Assembly: GCA_016214745.1 (NCBI GenBank)
Contig: JACRNW010000016.1
Location: 591 to 64,590, forward strand
DNA length: 64,000 nucleotides
Reading direction: 5' to 3'
Source: Candidatus Falkowbacteria bacterium
GTDB lineage: Bacteria > Patescibacteriota > Patescibacteriia > XYB2-FULL-38-15
Under the pieces are notes generated by a model. It was not told where the DNA came from and searched no databases. It saw nothing but the letters and a program-made list of their open reading frames with translations. Every line of letters begins with the position of its first letter. Position 1 is the first letter of the stretch. Made by a program: the position numbers and the translations under genes. Shown piece by piece: positions 37,952-47,871 of the stretch.

Positions 37952-39442
37952 TTGATAATTAAAATTATGTATTGGGCCAATTTTTTACACATTTACCAGC
38001 CGCCGAACCAAATGCCGGATATTTTGGAAAGAATTGTAAATGAAAGTTATCGAAAACTTATTGCCGGTCTTTTGGCTAATCCCGGCGCCAAAATTACTTT
38101 AAACATCAACGCGGGCCTGACCGAACAGTTGGATGAGCACGGCTACACGGACGTTATCACCAACTTAAAAAAACTCGCCGAGCGCGGCCAAATTGAATTT
38201 ACTGAGAGCGCCAAATATCATCCCTTTATGCCGCTTACGCCCTGGGAAGAAGATGGGAGACAAATAAAGTTAAACCGGGAAACTAATCAATTTTATTTCG
38301 GCAAAAGCTACAAACCCAAAGGATTTTTTCCGCCGGAGATGGCCTACAGCCGAAAAGTTGCGGACCTCGTCGCCTCGCAAGGTTATAAATGGCTCGTGGT
38401 TGACGAAATTGCTTATAACGGCAAAGCGGAAACCGTTGATTATGGAAAAGTGTATACCGTGAAAGGTCTTGCCGACTTCAAGGTTTTCTTTCGCGACCGG
38501 CGGATAAGTAATTTGATTATGGGCGCCGTGGTTCGTTCTGGAAAAACTCTTCTTGAAGCGGTCGGCGAAGAAAAAGAAAAAAATCGCTACTTGCTCACCG
38601 CCATGGATGGAGAAACCTTCGGCCATCATCGCCCCGGGCTTGATAAATTATTCTTTGAAATTTTGTCATCGCCCAAATTTAAAAAAATTACCGTCTCGGA
38701 AATTGCCGAAAAATTTTCCGACGAAGAAATAGTTGATCCGGTTGACTCAACCTGGGCCTCTTCGGAAGAAGATATCCGTCGGGGCGCGCAATTTCTTTCC
38801 TGGAACGATCCGGAAAATGCAATCCATGGCTGGCAATGGGAATTTACAAGTCTTGTTTTAAAAATCGTGGAAAAACTTGATCCTAAAAAACCATATTACA
38901 AAACCGTTCGGGATAAAATGGACCGCGCCCTCCACTCCTGCCAATATTGGTGGGCGAGCGCCAAACCTTGGTGGTCGCTTGAAATGATTGAAGGCGGCGC
39001 CTGGAGATTGATTGATGTTTTGCGTTCTATCCCGGACCTAAACGAGGAAGATCTAAAAAAGGGAGACGACCTTTACCAACGCATAGTTTTGAAAGCTTTT
39101 GAGTGGCAGAGAACCGGCTACATCAGAAAATTAGCCGAATCACAAAGACAATGGATTAAAATTCCTTTTAAGGAACGCGCCAAACCCGGCGAACTTCCCG
39201 CGTTTCTTCGAGCCATGAAACAAGAAATGGAAAAGGCGGCGAAAAATAAAGAGTTTGAAAAATCTATTCTTTGGCGCGACGCGATTAATAAAATTAACGA
39301 AGGAACGGATATTTACGACGCGGTTCATGTGGTGGATCAGTTGCGAGCCGCCGTTTCGCATCAAGAACTTGAAAGATTAGTTAAAAAATATAAACAAAGT
39401 TATAAAAAAATGCGCGGCGGACAACCGGAACAGCGAGGTTAG
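37952..39442 (+). CDS. Glycoside hydrolase family 57 protein, paralog 2 (tandem duplicate with C-terminal extension)
   Basis: YWANFLHIYQPP and colinear similarity to the upstream gene. 496 aa. Confidence 0.65.
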   Translation: MIIKIMYWANFLHIYQPPNQMPDILERIVNESYRKLIAGLLANPGAKITLNINAGLTEQLDEHGYTDVITNLKKLAERGQIEFTESAKYHPFMPLTPWEEDGRQIKLNRETNQFYFGKSYKPKGFFPPEMAYSRKVADLVASQGYKWLVVDEIAYNGKAETVDYGKVYTVKGLADFKVFFRDRRISNLIMGAVVRSGKTLLEAVGEEKEKNRYLLTAMDGETFGHHRPGLDKLFFEILSSPKFKKITVSEIAEKFSDEEIVDPVDSTWASSEEDIRRGAQFLSWNDPENAIHGWQWEFTSLVLKIVEKLDPKKPYYKTVRDKMDRALHSCQYWWASAKPWWSLEMIEGGAWRLIDVLRSIPDLNEEDLKKGDDLYQRIVLKAFEWQRTGYIRKLAESQRQWIKIPFKERAKPGELPAFLRAMKQEMEKAAKNKEFEKSILWRDAINKINEGTDIYDAVHVVDQLRAAVSHQELERLVKKYKQSYKKMRGGQPEQRG

Positions 39443-39456
39443 CCCCGGCAAAATTT

Positions 39457-40533
39457 ATGCCCCATCAAAAAAATAAAATATTATTAAACCAAAAATGGGC
39501 GGCTGAATTTATTGCCTCCCGTTTTAAAAAATACTGGCCCGAGGCTGAAAAAGTTTTAGCCGTTAAGATAGATATCCTAAAAAATTTCTTGGGTTATCTG
39601 CGTTTTACTCTGCGCTACAGAATTTTTATCAAAAATAACCGCGGAAAAATTGAAGAAAAGAATGTTATTATTAAAACCGAACAGCCAAAGCGCTTTGCCT
39701 GGCCGCCGCGAATCGGCACGGTGGAAAAAGATTTTTTGGCGACCCAGTTTCTCGTAAAAAACGGCTTGGGCGACCTCCTGCCTCACCCGCTGGAATTTTA
39801 TGCTCCGCTTTGGGCTTATCTCTACGAAGAAGTGCGCGGCACAACATTGAAAAATTTCGTGCAAACGGAAACTTGGCGAAGCGACCGCTTTTTTAAAAAT
39901 ATTCCTGCGATAATTCGTACCCTGAAAAAAATCCACGCCATAAAGAAAAAACCGCGCTTTGCAAACGGCAATCATAAAAAAACTATTAAAAACGTATTTG
40001 TTGAGTGGCTTGGCCTTATCAAAAAATATTATCCCGCCGGGCTTTCCCGCGCCGAAAAAATCGTCGGATCGCTACAAAAACTTGAAAAAAAATACCAGAA
40101 CATTCTTTTTAATCCAAAAACTTATCGCGTCACCCATGGAGATTTCCAAAGTGACAACGTTATCGAGGGCGAAGACGGAAAAATTATTTTTATTGATTTC
40201 GCCGATTGCAAATTTTTTAACCCCCTGGACGATCTGGCTTCTTTTCTTGTCCAGGCGGAAATGCATTTTAAATACGTTCGGCCCAAAAACTCCAGGGCGC
40301 TGACACAGAAACTCAAAAAATTAACTTACGCCGCGTATTTTGGAAAAAAAATGAAACCGCGCGACGCCCTGCAGATAGATTTTTTCGCGGCGAAAGACAC
40401 TTTGCGCATTATTACTTTCATTTCCTTCACGCTCCGCGCCTGGCAGACAATTCACGACCACAATAAAATGACCGATTCACTTCTGACTTTTGCCGAGGAA
40501 AAAATCAAAACTCTTGAGAAAAAATATTTATGA
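39457..40533 (+). CDS. Phosphotransferase (APH/choline-kinase fold); possibly a sugar/maltose kinase given the context
   Basis: HGDFQSDNVI...IDFADCKF catalytic-loop/DFG-like motifs of the APH family. The sugar/maltose assignment is context inference only. Confidence 0.5.
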   Translation: MPHQKNKILLNQKWAAEFIASRFKKYWPEAEKVLAVKIDILKNFLGYLRFTLRYRIFIKNNRGKIEEKNVIIKTEQPKRFAWPPRIGTVEKDFLATQFLVKNGLGDLLPHPLEFYAPLWAYLYEEVRGTTLKNFVQTETWRSDRFFKNIPAIIRTLKKIHAIKKKPRFANGNHKKTIKNVFVEWLGLIKKYYPAGLSRAEKIVGSLQKLEKKYQNILFNPKTYRVTHGDFQSDNVIEGEDGKIIFIDFADCKFFNPLDDLASFLVQAEMHFKYVRPKNSRALTQKLKKLTYAAYFGKKMKPRDALQIDFFAAKDTLRIITFISFTLRAWQTIHDHNKMTDSLLTFAEEKIKTLEKKYL

Positions 40534-41420
40534 AATACATTGACCTCCAAATTCACTCAGTCTATTCCGAGGGCGACCTTTTGCCGCGGCAAATTATTGA
40601 GCGGGCTCTAAAGGAAAACCTCGCCGTAATTTCCCTGACCGACCATAACGTCATAGAGGGAGCGGAAGAAATTATAAAACTCGGAGAAAAAGAAAAAATT
40701 ACGGTTCTTCCGGGAGTGGAAATTTATACCGAATTTTCCGGCAAGCGCTTACATCTTTTGGGCTATAATTTCAATTTGGAAGATAAGGCGTTAAACGATC
40801 TGCTCTGGCAATCGCAAGTTCATCATTTGGAATGGGCGAAAAGATCTTTAAAAAAAATGGCTGACCTTGGTTTTAAAATTGATTTTCTTGATTTAGATAA
40901 ATTAAAATCAAAATATTGCGGTTTTCGCCACCTGAAAACCATTGTGGAAAAATATGATGACAATGTGCGAAAAATGATTGCGGAAATCAAGCCGCAATTC
41001 GGCGAGCCGACTTTGTTTGAATTTATAAATTTTTATTTTGCTGAAGGAAAACCGGCTTATGTTCCGGAAATAAATATGCCGATTGACACGGCCGAGACGA
41101 TAAAAACCATCACCGCCGCCGGCGGCCTTCCGGTCTTAGCCCATCCCGGCCAACAACTTTCCTGGCAAGACGATCATCTTGTAGCCGAATTAAAAAATGC
41201 TGGACTGCGAGGTCTTGAAGTTTTCTCGCCGTATCATAATTGGCACCAGATGGAACATTATCAAAAATTAGCCAATGATTTAGATTTAGTTCCGACCGGC
41301 GGCACTGATTTTCACGGCGATCTTCGCGACCCAACCTTAAAACATCAATTTGTCCACAGCGCCTGGGATTATTTCAAAATTCCTTACGCCGTTTATGAAA
41401 ATCTGAAAAAACATTTATAA
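40530..41420 (+). CDS. PHP-domain phosphoesterase
   Basis: IDLQIHSVYSEGD...TDHN (PHP His motifs). Confidence 0.7.
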   Translation: MKYIDLQIHSVYSEGDLLPRQIIERALKENLAVISLTDHNVIEGAEEIIKLGEKEKITVLPGVEIYTEFSGKRLHLLGYNFNLEDKALNDLLWQSQVHHLEWAKRSLKKMADLGFKIDFLDLDKLKSKYCGFRHLKTIVEKYDDNVRKMIAEIKPQFGEPTLFEFINFYFAEGKPAYVPEINMPIDTAETIKTITAAGGLPVLAHPGQQLSWQDDHLVAELKNAGLRGLEVFSPYHNWHQMEHYQKLANDLDLVPTGGTDFHGDLRDPTLKHQFVHSAWDYFKIPYAVYENLKKHL

Positions 41421-41484
41421 AAAATAAATCTGCGGATCGGTCTTTGCCAAAAGGCCGATTTTTTGTTAGAATTAAGTAAAATTT

Positions 41485-42387
41485 ATGAACAAATACATTA
41501 TCGGCCTGGACCTCGGCGGGACGAAAATCGCCGCCGGCGCGGTGGACACTCGCGGCAAAGTTATCAAAAAAATAACTCTTCCGACCGAAGCCCGCCGCGG
41601 CAAAAAAATAATCCTAAAAAACATTCTCGCGGCCGCGAGTAAAGTTTGGCTGCCGGGAGTAAAAGCTGTCGGCGTCGCCATGGCTGGCCAGTGCGATTTT
41701 AAAAACGGCGTTTTTGTTTCCGGGCCGAATTTTCCAAAAAATTTTAAAAATATTAAAATCGGAAAATTTTTGAAAGAAAACTTCCGCGTGCCCGTTTACC
41801 TGGATAACGACGCCCGCACCTTTACTTTGGCTGAGGCGATTTTTGGCGCTGGCCGAGGTTTTAAAAATATTATTGGCATCACTCTTGGTACGGGAATTGG
41901 CGGTGGGATTGTGATAAACGGCCAACTGATTCGCGGAAAAAATAATACGGCCGGCGAACTCGGCCATATGACGCTTGACATCTCCTCGCCATACCGCTGC
42001 AGTTGCGGTCGATTTGGCCACTTTGAAGCCCTCGCCTCAGGCACGGCGTTGGAAAATTTCTACAAAAAGTTATCCGGAAAATTTTTACCGGGCCCGGAAA
42101 TCGCCAAAAATATTTTGGCCAAAGATAAAAATGCCAAGCAGGCCGTTGCCCAACTCGGAAAATTTTTAGGCCTTGGTTTGGCCAACCTCGCCCAGCTTTT
42201 AGATCCGGATTTAATCGTAATTGGCGGCGGATTAAGCAATACTCCGGCCCTCTGGCCTGCCGCTTTACAGGAATTCAAAAAGGGAGTAATATATAAGTCG
42301 CTTAAAAACACAAAAATAGTTAGAGCCAAACTCAAAGATGACGCAGGAATTATCGGCGCGGCGTTACTGCCCGATATTAGATATTAG
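41485..42387 (+). CDS. ROK family sugar kinase (glucokinase-like)
   Basis: IIGLDLGGTKIAAG, CSCGRFGHFEA zinc motif. Confidence 0.85.
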   Translation: MNKYIIGLDLGGTKIAAGAVDTRGKVIKKITLPTEARRGKKIILKNILAAASKVWLPGVKAVGVAMAGQCDFKNGVFVSGPNFPKNFKNIKIGKFLKENFRVPVYLDNDARTFTLAEAIFGAGRGFKNIIGITLGTGIGGGIVINGQLIRGKNNTAGELGHMTLDISSPYRCSCGRFGHFEALASGTALENFYKKLSGKFLPGPEIAKNILAKDKNAKQAVAQLGKFLGLGLANLAQLLDPDLIVIGGGLSNTPALWPAALQEFKKGVIYKSLKNTKIVRAKLKDDAGIIGAALLPDIRY

Positions 42388-42444
42388 ATATTTGCTATTC
42401 GTTTTCAGCCTAATATCCAATATCTAATAGCGAATATCCTTTAT

Positions 42445-45400
42445 ATGTCTCTTGCCCACAAAACTCAATCGCCAAAAAATTGGAGAGAAAGACCTTCTCG
42501 CCGGATTTTTGATAAATTAAAACTTGGAAAAGTAAAAGAATTTTTCGCGAATCTTTTAAATTCCATAAAAAGCAAATGGCCGAAAAATTTAGCAGAGACC
42601 GCGCCGCGGCCGAACGACGCTCCTCTCGCCCCCCTTGCCCCGCCCACTCCGTCTTCCGCCAACACAAGCAACTTTTTTTCTAAAATATTTCAAAAAATCA
42701 TTTTTATGGCAAAAAATCTTCGCTACCGAGTGAGAAGCCGCCGCCGCAAACTTGGATGGAACAAAATAGTTGGTTACGGCATCGCCGGCATTTTATTTTT
42801 AGTTTTAATTTTCGGTATTATGGGTGTCGCCTCGCTGGCCTGGTTTTCCCGCGACCTGCCTGATCCGGATAAATTGCTTGACCGCCAGGTGGCGCAAAGC
42901 ACGAAAATTTACGACCGCACCGGCGAGCACGTGCTTTATGAAATTTACAGCGACCAAAAACGCACCATGATTGAATTGACCGACATTCCGGAATACGTAA
43001 AACAAGCGACCATTGTCGCCGAAGACCGCGGCTTCTATACCCATCACGGTTTTGATTGGAAGGGCATTCTTCGTTCGGTTTGGGTAGACATTTTCAAGGG
43101 CCAAAAAGTCGGCGGCTCCACTATTACCCAGCAACTCGTGAAAAACGCCATTCTCTCTCCGGAAAAAACTTTTACCAGAAAATTCAAAGAACTGGCGCTT
43201 TCCATTCAGATTGAAAGAAAATTTACCAAAGACCAGATTTTAAAAATGTATTTTAATGAAATTCCTTACGGCTCAACCGCTTACGGCATCCAATCCGCGG
43301 CCCAAACTTATTTTGGGAAAAACGCCAAAGACCTGGATTTGGCCGAAGCGGCGCTCTTGGCCGCCGTGCCGAAAGCCCCAACCTATTACTCTCCCCGCGG
43401 CAGCCACACCGACGATCTGCTCTCCCGGCAAAAATATATTTTAGACGGCATGGTTGAAGAAGGTTATGTGAATAAAGATGAGGCCGAAGCGGCAAAAAAT
43501 GTTGATATTCTCGCCAGGGTTATTGATAAAAAAGAATCAATCACCGCGCCGCATTTCGTAATGTACGTCAAAGAATTACTGACGGAAAAATACGGAGAAA
43601 AAGTCGTGGAACAAGGCGGCCTCAAAGTTTACACCACGCTTGATTTTGATAAACAAAAATTCGCCGAAGAAGCCGTCACAGAAAATACTGAAAAAAATTC
43701 CACGAAGTACAACGCCTGGAACGCCGCGCTTGTGGCCATTGATCCGAAGACCGGACAAATTTTGGCTATGGTCGGCTCAAAAGATTATTTTGGCGAACCG
43801 GAACCAGAAGGCTGCGATCCGGGTTTGAACTGCAAATTTGAACCGAACGTGAATGTCTCGCTTCGGCTCCGCCAGCCCGGCTCTTCTTTCAAACCGATTG
43901 TTTACGCCACGGCATATCAGAAAGGTTTTACTCCGGAAACCATGCTTTTTGATTTAGTCACGACTTTTAAAACTGATACTAAAGATTACATCCCGCATAA
44001 TTATGATGACAAAGAACACGGCCCGGTTTCCATGCGGTCCGCGATGGCTGGTTCACTGAATATTCCGGCCGTGAAAACTTTGTACCTTGCCGGAATTGAT
44101 AATGTTTTAAATTTGGCGCAAGCCATGGGTTACACAACACTTAATGATCGCTCGCGCTTTGGCCTGTCGCTCGTTTTGGGCGGCGGCGAAGTGCGGCTTT
44201 TGGAACACACTGCGGCTTTCGGCGTTTTCGCGGCTGACGGAAAATTGCACGAAACCACACCGATTTTAAAAATTGAAGATGCAAAAGGACAAGTCCTTGA
44301 AGAATGGAAAGAAGATGCCGGCAAAGAAGTAATGTCAGTGCAAACCGCGCGGCAGATTCAGAGCATAATGTCTGACGATGCGGCCCGCGCCTATATTTTC
44401 GGCGCGCGAGGCCCGCTTACTCTTCCCGACCGGCCGGTCGGAGCTAAAACCGGTACGACAAACGACTGGCGCGACGGCTGGACCATGGGTTATACTCCGT
44501 CACTCGTCGCCGGCGTTTGGGCGGGCAATAACGACAACAAAGAAATGAAACGCGGCGCTGACGGCGTCTTTGTCGCCGCTCCGATCTGGAATGCGTTTAT
44601 GAAAAAGGCGCTCAAGGATACGCCGGTTGAGTATTTTACTCAGCCTAAACCGACTGAAACTAACAAACCAATTCTAAAAGGAGAAATCGGACCGGAGACC
44701 ATCGTAAGAATTGATAAACTCTCGGGAAAACTCGCCACGGAATTTACTCCGCCGACTTATATCGTAGAAAAAAAATTCCGCGAAGTTCATACCATTTTAT
44801 TTTATGTGAATAAAGATAATCCAAACGGCCCGCCGCCGGAAAATCCCGCGGCTGATCCGCAGTTCGCGAGTTGGGACGCGCCGATTCAAAAATGGGCTGA
44901 AGAACAAGGATATACAATTGATACCCAGCAAATTCCGTCTGGCTACGATGATGTTCATTTGCCGCAAAACAAACCAACCGTCTCTATCCTTTCCCCCAAC
45001 GCGAACGCCACGATAAATTCGCGCGAAACCACGGCTTCGGTTTCAGTTTCCGCCCCGCGCGGCATAATTTCTCGCGTAGAATATTTTGTTGACGGACAAA
45101 AAGTTGGAATGTCCAATACCGCGCCGTACACCGCGACGCTCTTGATTCCAAATTCTATTGGCAACGGCTTTCATACTTTGCGCGCCACGGCTTACGACGA
45201 TATTGATGATTTCAATTCCGCGGAAGTTAATTTTAATCTTCTGGCGGAAAAATTGCCGCCGCAAATTAATTTCACGGCACCGCGAAACAATTCGTCTTTT
45301 TACGCTTCAATGTTTCCGCTCACGATTACTGCTTCAACATCTGACTTATCTTCCATCGCTGAAATTTCTTTCTTCGCGAAAGGTCCCGGCGGGCCGGAAC

Positions 45401-45552
45401 TCTTAAAAACTTATTCCGCGCCGTCTGAAGACACTTTCACTTTCCGCTGGACTTCGGCGCCTCACACCGGCGACTTCCAACTCTACGCGGAGGTTACGGA
45501 CAAAGACGGCACCACAACCCGCAGCCGTCCAATCTCCGTGACGGTGTTGTAA
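42445..45552 (+). CDS. Penicillin-binding protein 1A (bifunctional glycosyltransferase/transpeptidase) with C-terminal Ig-like repeats
   Basis: GT51 motifs (EDRGFYTHHG, GGSTITQQL), TPase SxxK (GSSFKP), KTGT. The alternative start at MAKNLRYR (~42706) would remove the cytoplasmic tail. Confidence 0.85.
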   Translation: MSLAHKTQSPKNWRERPSRRIFDKLKLGKVKEFFANLLNSIKSKWPKNLAETAPRPNDAPLAPLAPPTPSSANTSNFFSKIFQKIIFMAKNLRYRVRSRRRKLGWNKIVGYGIAGILFLVLIFGIMGVASLAWFSRDLPDPDKLLDRQVAQSTKIYDRTGEHVLYEIYSDQKRTMIELTDIPEYVKQATIVAEDRGFYTHHGFDWKGILRSVWVDIFKGQKVGGSTITQQLVKNAILSPEKTFTRKFKELALSIQIERKFTKDQILKMYFNEIPYGSTAYGIQSAAQTYFGKNAKDLDLAEAALLAAVPKAPTYYSPRGSHTDDLLSRQKYILDGMVEEGYVNKDEAEAAKNVDILARVIDKKESITAPHFVMYVKELLTEKYGEKVVEQGGLKVYTTLDFDKQKFAEEAVTENTEKNSTKYNAWNAALVAIDPKTGQILAMVGSKDYFGEPEPEGCDPGLNCKFEPNVNVSLRLRQPGSSFKPIVYATAYQKGFTPETMLFDLVTTFKTDTKDYIPHNYDDKEHGPVSMRSAMAGSLNIPAVKTLYLAGIDNVLNLAQAMGYTTLNDRSRFGLSLVLGGGEVRLLEHTAAFGVFAADGKLHETTPILKIEDAKGQVLEEWKEDAGKEVMSVQTARQIQSIMSDDAARAYIFGARGPLTLPDRPVGAKTGTTNDWRDGWTMGYTPSLVAGVWAGNNDNKEMKRGADGVFVAAPIWNAFMKKALKDTPVEYFTQPKPTETNKPILKGEIGPETIVRIDKLSGKLATEFTPPTYIVEKKFREVHTILFYVNKDNPNGPPPENPAADPQFASWDAPIQKWAEEQGYTIDTQQIPSGYDDVHLPQNKPTVSILSPNANATINSRETTASVSVSAPRGIISRVEYFVDGQKVGMSNTAPYTATLLIPNSIGNGFHTLRATAYDDIDDFNSAEVNFNLLAEKLPPQINFTAPRNNSSFYASMFPLTITASTSDLSSIAEISFFAKGPGGPELLKTYSAPSEDTFTFRWTSAPHTGDFQLYAEVTDKDGTTTRSRPISVTVL

Positions 45553-45554
45553 AA

Positions 45555-46071
45555 ATATGACAAACTCCAATTTCCCTCTACCCTTCGGGGGGACAGAAAA
45601 AATAAAAAACACAGCGCCTAGTTCCCTCTACCCTTTGGGGAGAGGGTTAGGGTGAGGGGGCAAGAGGAGGGACAATGAAAAGAAACAATATCCCAAAATG
45701 CCGAACGCTACGGAGAAATCAAACCGACGCCGAGCGAAAATTATGGTCAGCAATCCGCGATCGCCAACTTGGTGGAATAAAATTTAGAAGACAATTTCCC
45801 GTTGATAAATACATTCTAGATTTTTACGCGCCGGAATATCACCTCGGCGTTGAGGCCGACGGCGGGCAGCATTTTGAAAACCCGAGCCAGAAATACGATG
45901 AAACAAGAACAACGGAATTAGCCAAACACGGAGTACGGATATTAAGATTTACCAATTTAGAAATATTAAAAAACCTGCGAGGAGTTTGTGAAAAGATTCT
46001 GGAAGTTACAAAAGAGCAAACCCCCTCACCTCAATCCTCTCCCCGGCGGGGAGAGGAGGAATAATCGCCGC
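45555..46071 (+). mobile_element. ~516-bp insertion carrying a DUF559 endonuclease-like gene, flanked by a 25-bp direct repeat duplicating the 3' end of the PBP1A gene
   Basis: Direct repeats CCAAT(C)TCCGTGACGGTGTTGTAAAA at 45529-45554 and 46072-46096 (24/25 identical; the first ends the PBP1A ORF). Internal GGGAGAGGG-type palindromes at both ends. Confidence 0.6.
45675..46064 (+). CDS. DUF559 (Vsr/restriction-endonuclease-like fold) domain protein
   Basis: YILDFY...LGVEADGGQH...HGVRILRF, the DUF559 signature. The C-terminal tail is encoded by the palindromic repeat. Confidence 0.7.
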   Translation: MKRNNIPKCRTLRRNQTDAERKLWSAIRDRQLGGIKFRRQFPVDKYILDFYAPEYHLGVEADGGQHFENPSQKYDETRTTELAKHGVRILRFTNLEILKNLRGVCEKILEVTKEQTPSPQSSPRRGEEE

Positions 46072-46132
46072 CCAATTCCGTGACGGTGTTGTAAAAGACA
46101 GAAAATTTTAATTAATAATTAACCATAAAACT

Positions 46133-46339
46133 ATGAGTACATTTGAATCAATAATACTCATCGTCGCACTCTTCTTTGGTATTTTGGCATATCTAAATTG
46201 CAGAAGACTTAAAAAAAGATTTGATATCGTAGAAAGAATGCTCGAATGGAAAAATATTTTAAATTTGGAGGAAAAAAGATGGGATAATTTACCAGACGAA
46301 GTTAAAAGAGACATCAAAGAGCGAAATAAGGGGCTTTAA
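46133..46339 (+). CDS. Small membrane-anchored hypothetical protein
   Basis: One N-terminal TM helix. Very AT-rich local block (~30% GC). Confidence 0.35.
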   Translation: MSTFESIILIVALFFGILAYLNCRRLKKRFDIVERMLEWKNILNLEEKRWDNLPDEVKRDIKERNKGL

Positions 46340-46344
46340 TTAAT

Positions 46345-46956
46345 ATGAAAGACGAGATTTACGTGAAATGCAAAAATGATAAGGCTTACTCACCAATAGG
46401 AGTGAGAAATCTCATCGCACAAGCCGAAAAAGAAAATGACGGCGATCTTCAAGCCGTTCTAGACAACAAACACAAATATAAAAATTTATGGGAGATGTGG
46501 CATGGACATTTTTTTGCTCTCGCTCTTTATAAACAGTTTGGTGAGGATTATAAATTCAATCTTTGTATACCCGAAAATGATCCTCCCGATTTATATTTTT
46601 TACAAGCCAATGGAGATGGCGCTTTCCCGGTCGAAATAATGGAATTATACAAGCCCGACGAAAATTTTAAAAACTACACTGACTTAGCAAAACATGTTTG
46701 GAATACAAATGGTCTAATGAATTATGAAACGTGTTATTTATTATTAGCTTCAAGATTAAACACAGACAAATTTAATGTTACAAAATTTATATCTGAAATG
46801 AAAAATTTTGACTGGAAATTTCAGCGAATTTATATATCTTTTTATACAGAGAAAATTTCGCAGTGGACATTCTTTGAGATTTTCCCACCAACCCCGCATA
46901 ACGACAAAAACTTCATGTCTTACAATCTTAACGATGATAAAAAATATTATTATTAA
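46345..46956 (+). CDS. Hypothetical protein (very low GC cassette)
   Basis: 203-aa ORF, no recognisable family. ~30% GC. Confidence 0.4.
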   Translation: MKDEIYVKCKNDKAYSPIGVRNLIAQAEKENDGDLQAVLDNKHKYKNLWEMWHGHFFALALYKQFGEDYKFNLCIPENDPPDLYFLQANGDGAFPVEIMELYKPDENFKNYTDLAKHVWNTNGLMNYETCYLLLASRLNTDKFNVTKFISEMKNFDWKFQRIYISFYTEKISQWTFFEIFPPTPHNDKNFMSYNLNDDKKYYY

Positions 46957-47779
46957 AAGCTCTGAAAATCTAGAAAAAATAAAATCAGCCATGGCGAAAG
47001 ACGGGCCGGAGAAGTTGCACGTGCTTTCTGATTTTGACCGAACTTTGCTCCGCGCATTTGTGGACGGACAAAAATCTCCGTCGGTAATTGCCCAAATCCG
47101 AAACGGAAAATATTTGACGCCCGACTACGCTCCGCGAGCGCACGCCCTTTTTGATAAATACCGCCCGATTGAACTTGATCCAAACTTAAGCCGCGCGGAA
47201 AAGTCAAAAGCCATGCACGAATGGTGGAGCGAACATTTTAAACTTTTAGCCGAGTCTGGTCTCACAAAACAGGTAATGCAGAAAATCGTGGCCACAAAGA
47301 CTTTGAAGTTCCGTGACGGAGCACTGGAGTTTCTTGATTTTCTGCACGAGCGAAATATTCCGCTTGTCATAATGAGCGGCGCGCCGGGCGATATGATTGC
47401 GATGTACTTGGCGCAAGAGGGCCGGCTTTATGATAATGTCTATATCATCGCCCCATTTTTAGAATTTGATGCCAGCGGAAAAATGATCGGCGTCAAAGAA
47501 CCGATTGTCCACGCCCTAAACAAATACGAAATTATTTTAAAAGACTTCCCTGTTTTTGAAAAAATAAAGAATCGGCAAAATGTTTTACTTTTGGGCGATA
47601 GTCTGGACGATGTTGGAATGGTGGAGGGATTTGATTACAAAAATATGTTGAAGATTGGATTTTTAAATGAAAAAGTTGAAGAAAATTTGGAAAAATTTAA
47701 AGAAACTTTTGACGTCGTCCTTCTCGGCGATCCGGGAATGGAATATATAAATAATTTACTGCGTGAAATGTTTGCCTAA
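46934..47779 (+). CDS. HAD-superfamily hydrolase, pyrimidine 5'-nucleotidase (UMPH-1)-like
   Basis: Motif I LHVLSDFDRTLL. Start set to MIKNIIIK (ATG 46934), overlapping the previous ORF by 23 nt. Confidence 0.6.
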   Translation: MIKNIIIKSSENLEKIKSAMAKDGPEKLHVLSDFDRTLLRAFVDGQKSPSVIAQIRNGKYLTPDYAPRAHALFDKYRPIELDPNLSRAEKSKAMHEWWSEHFKLLAESGLTKQVMQKIVATKTLKFRDGALEFLDFLHERNIPLVIMSGAPGDMIAMYLAQEGRLYDNVYIIAPFLEFDASGKMIGVKEPIVHALNKYEIILKDFPVFEKIKNRQNVLLLGDSLDDVGMVEGFDYKNMLKIGFLNEKVEENLEKFKETFDVVLLGDPGMEYINNLLREMFA

Positions 47780-47871
47780 AAAATATTATCAAAAACATCC
47801 GCCAGATCGACGGATGTTTTTTGTTTTATTATTTTTCCGGATCCCCGCCTTCGCGGGGATGACCCGTGGGG

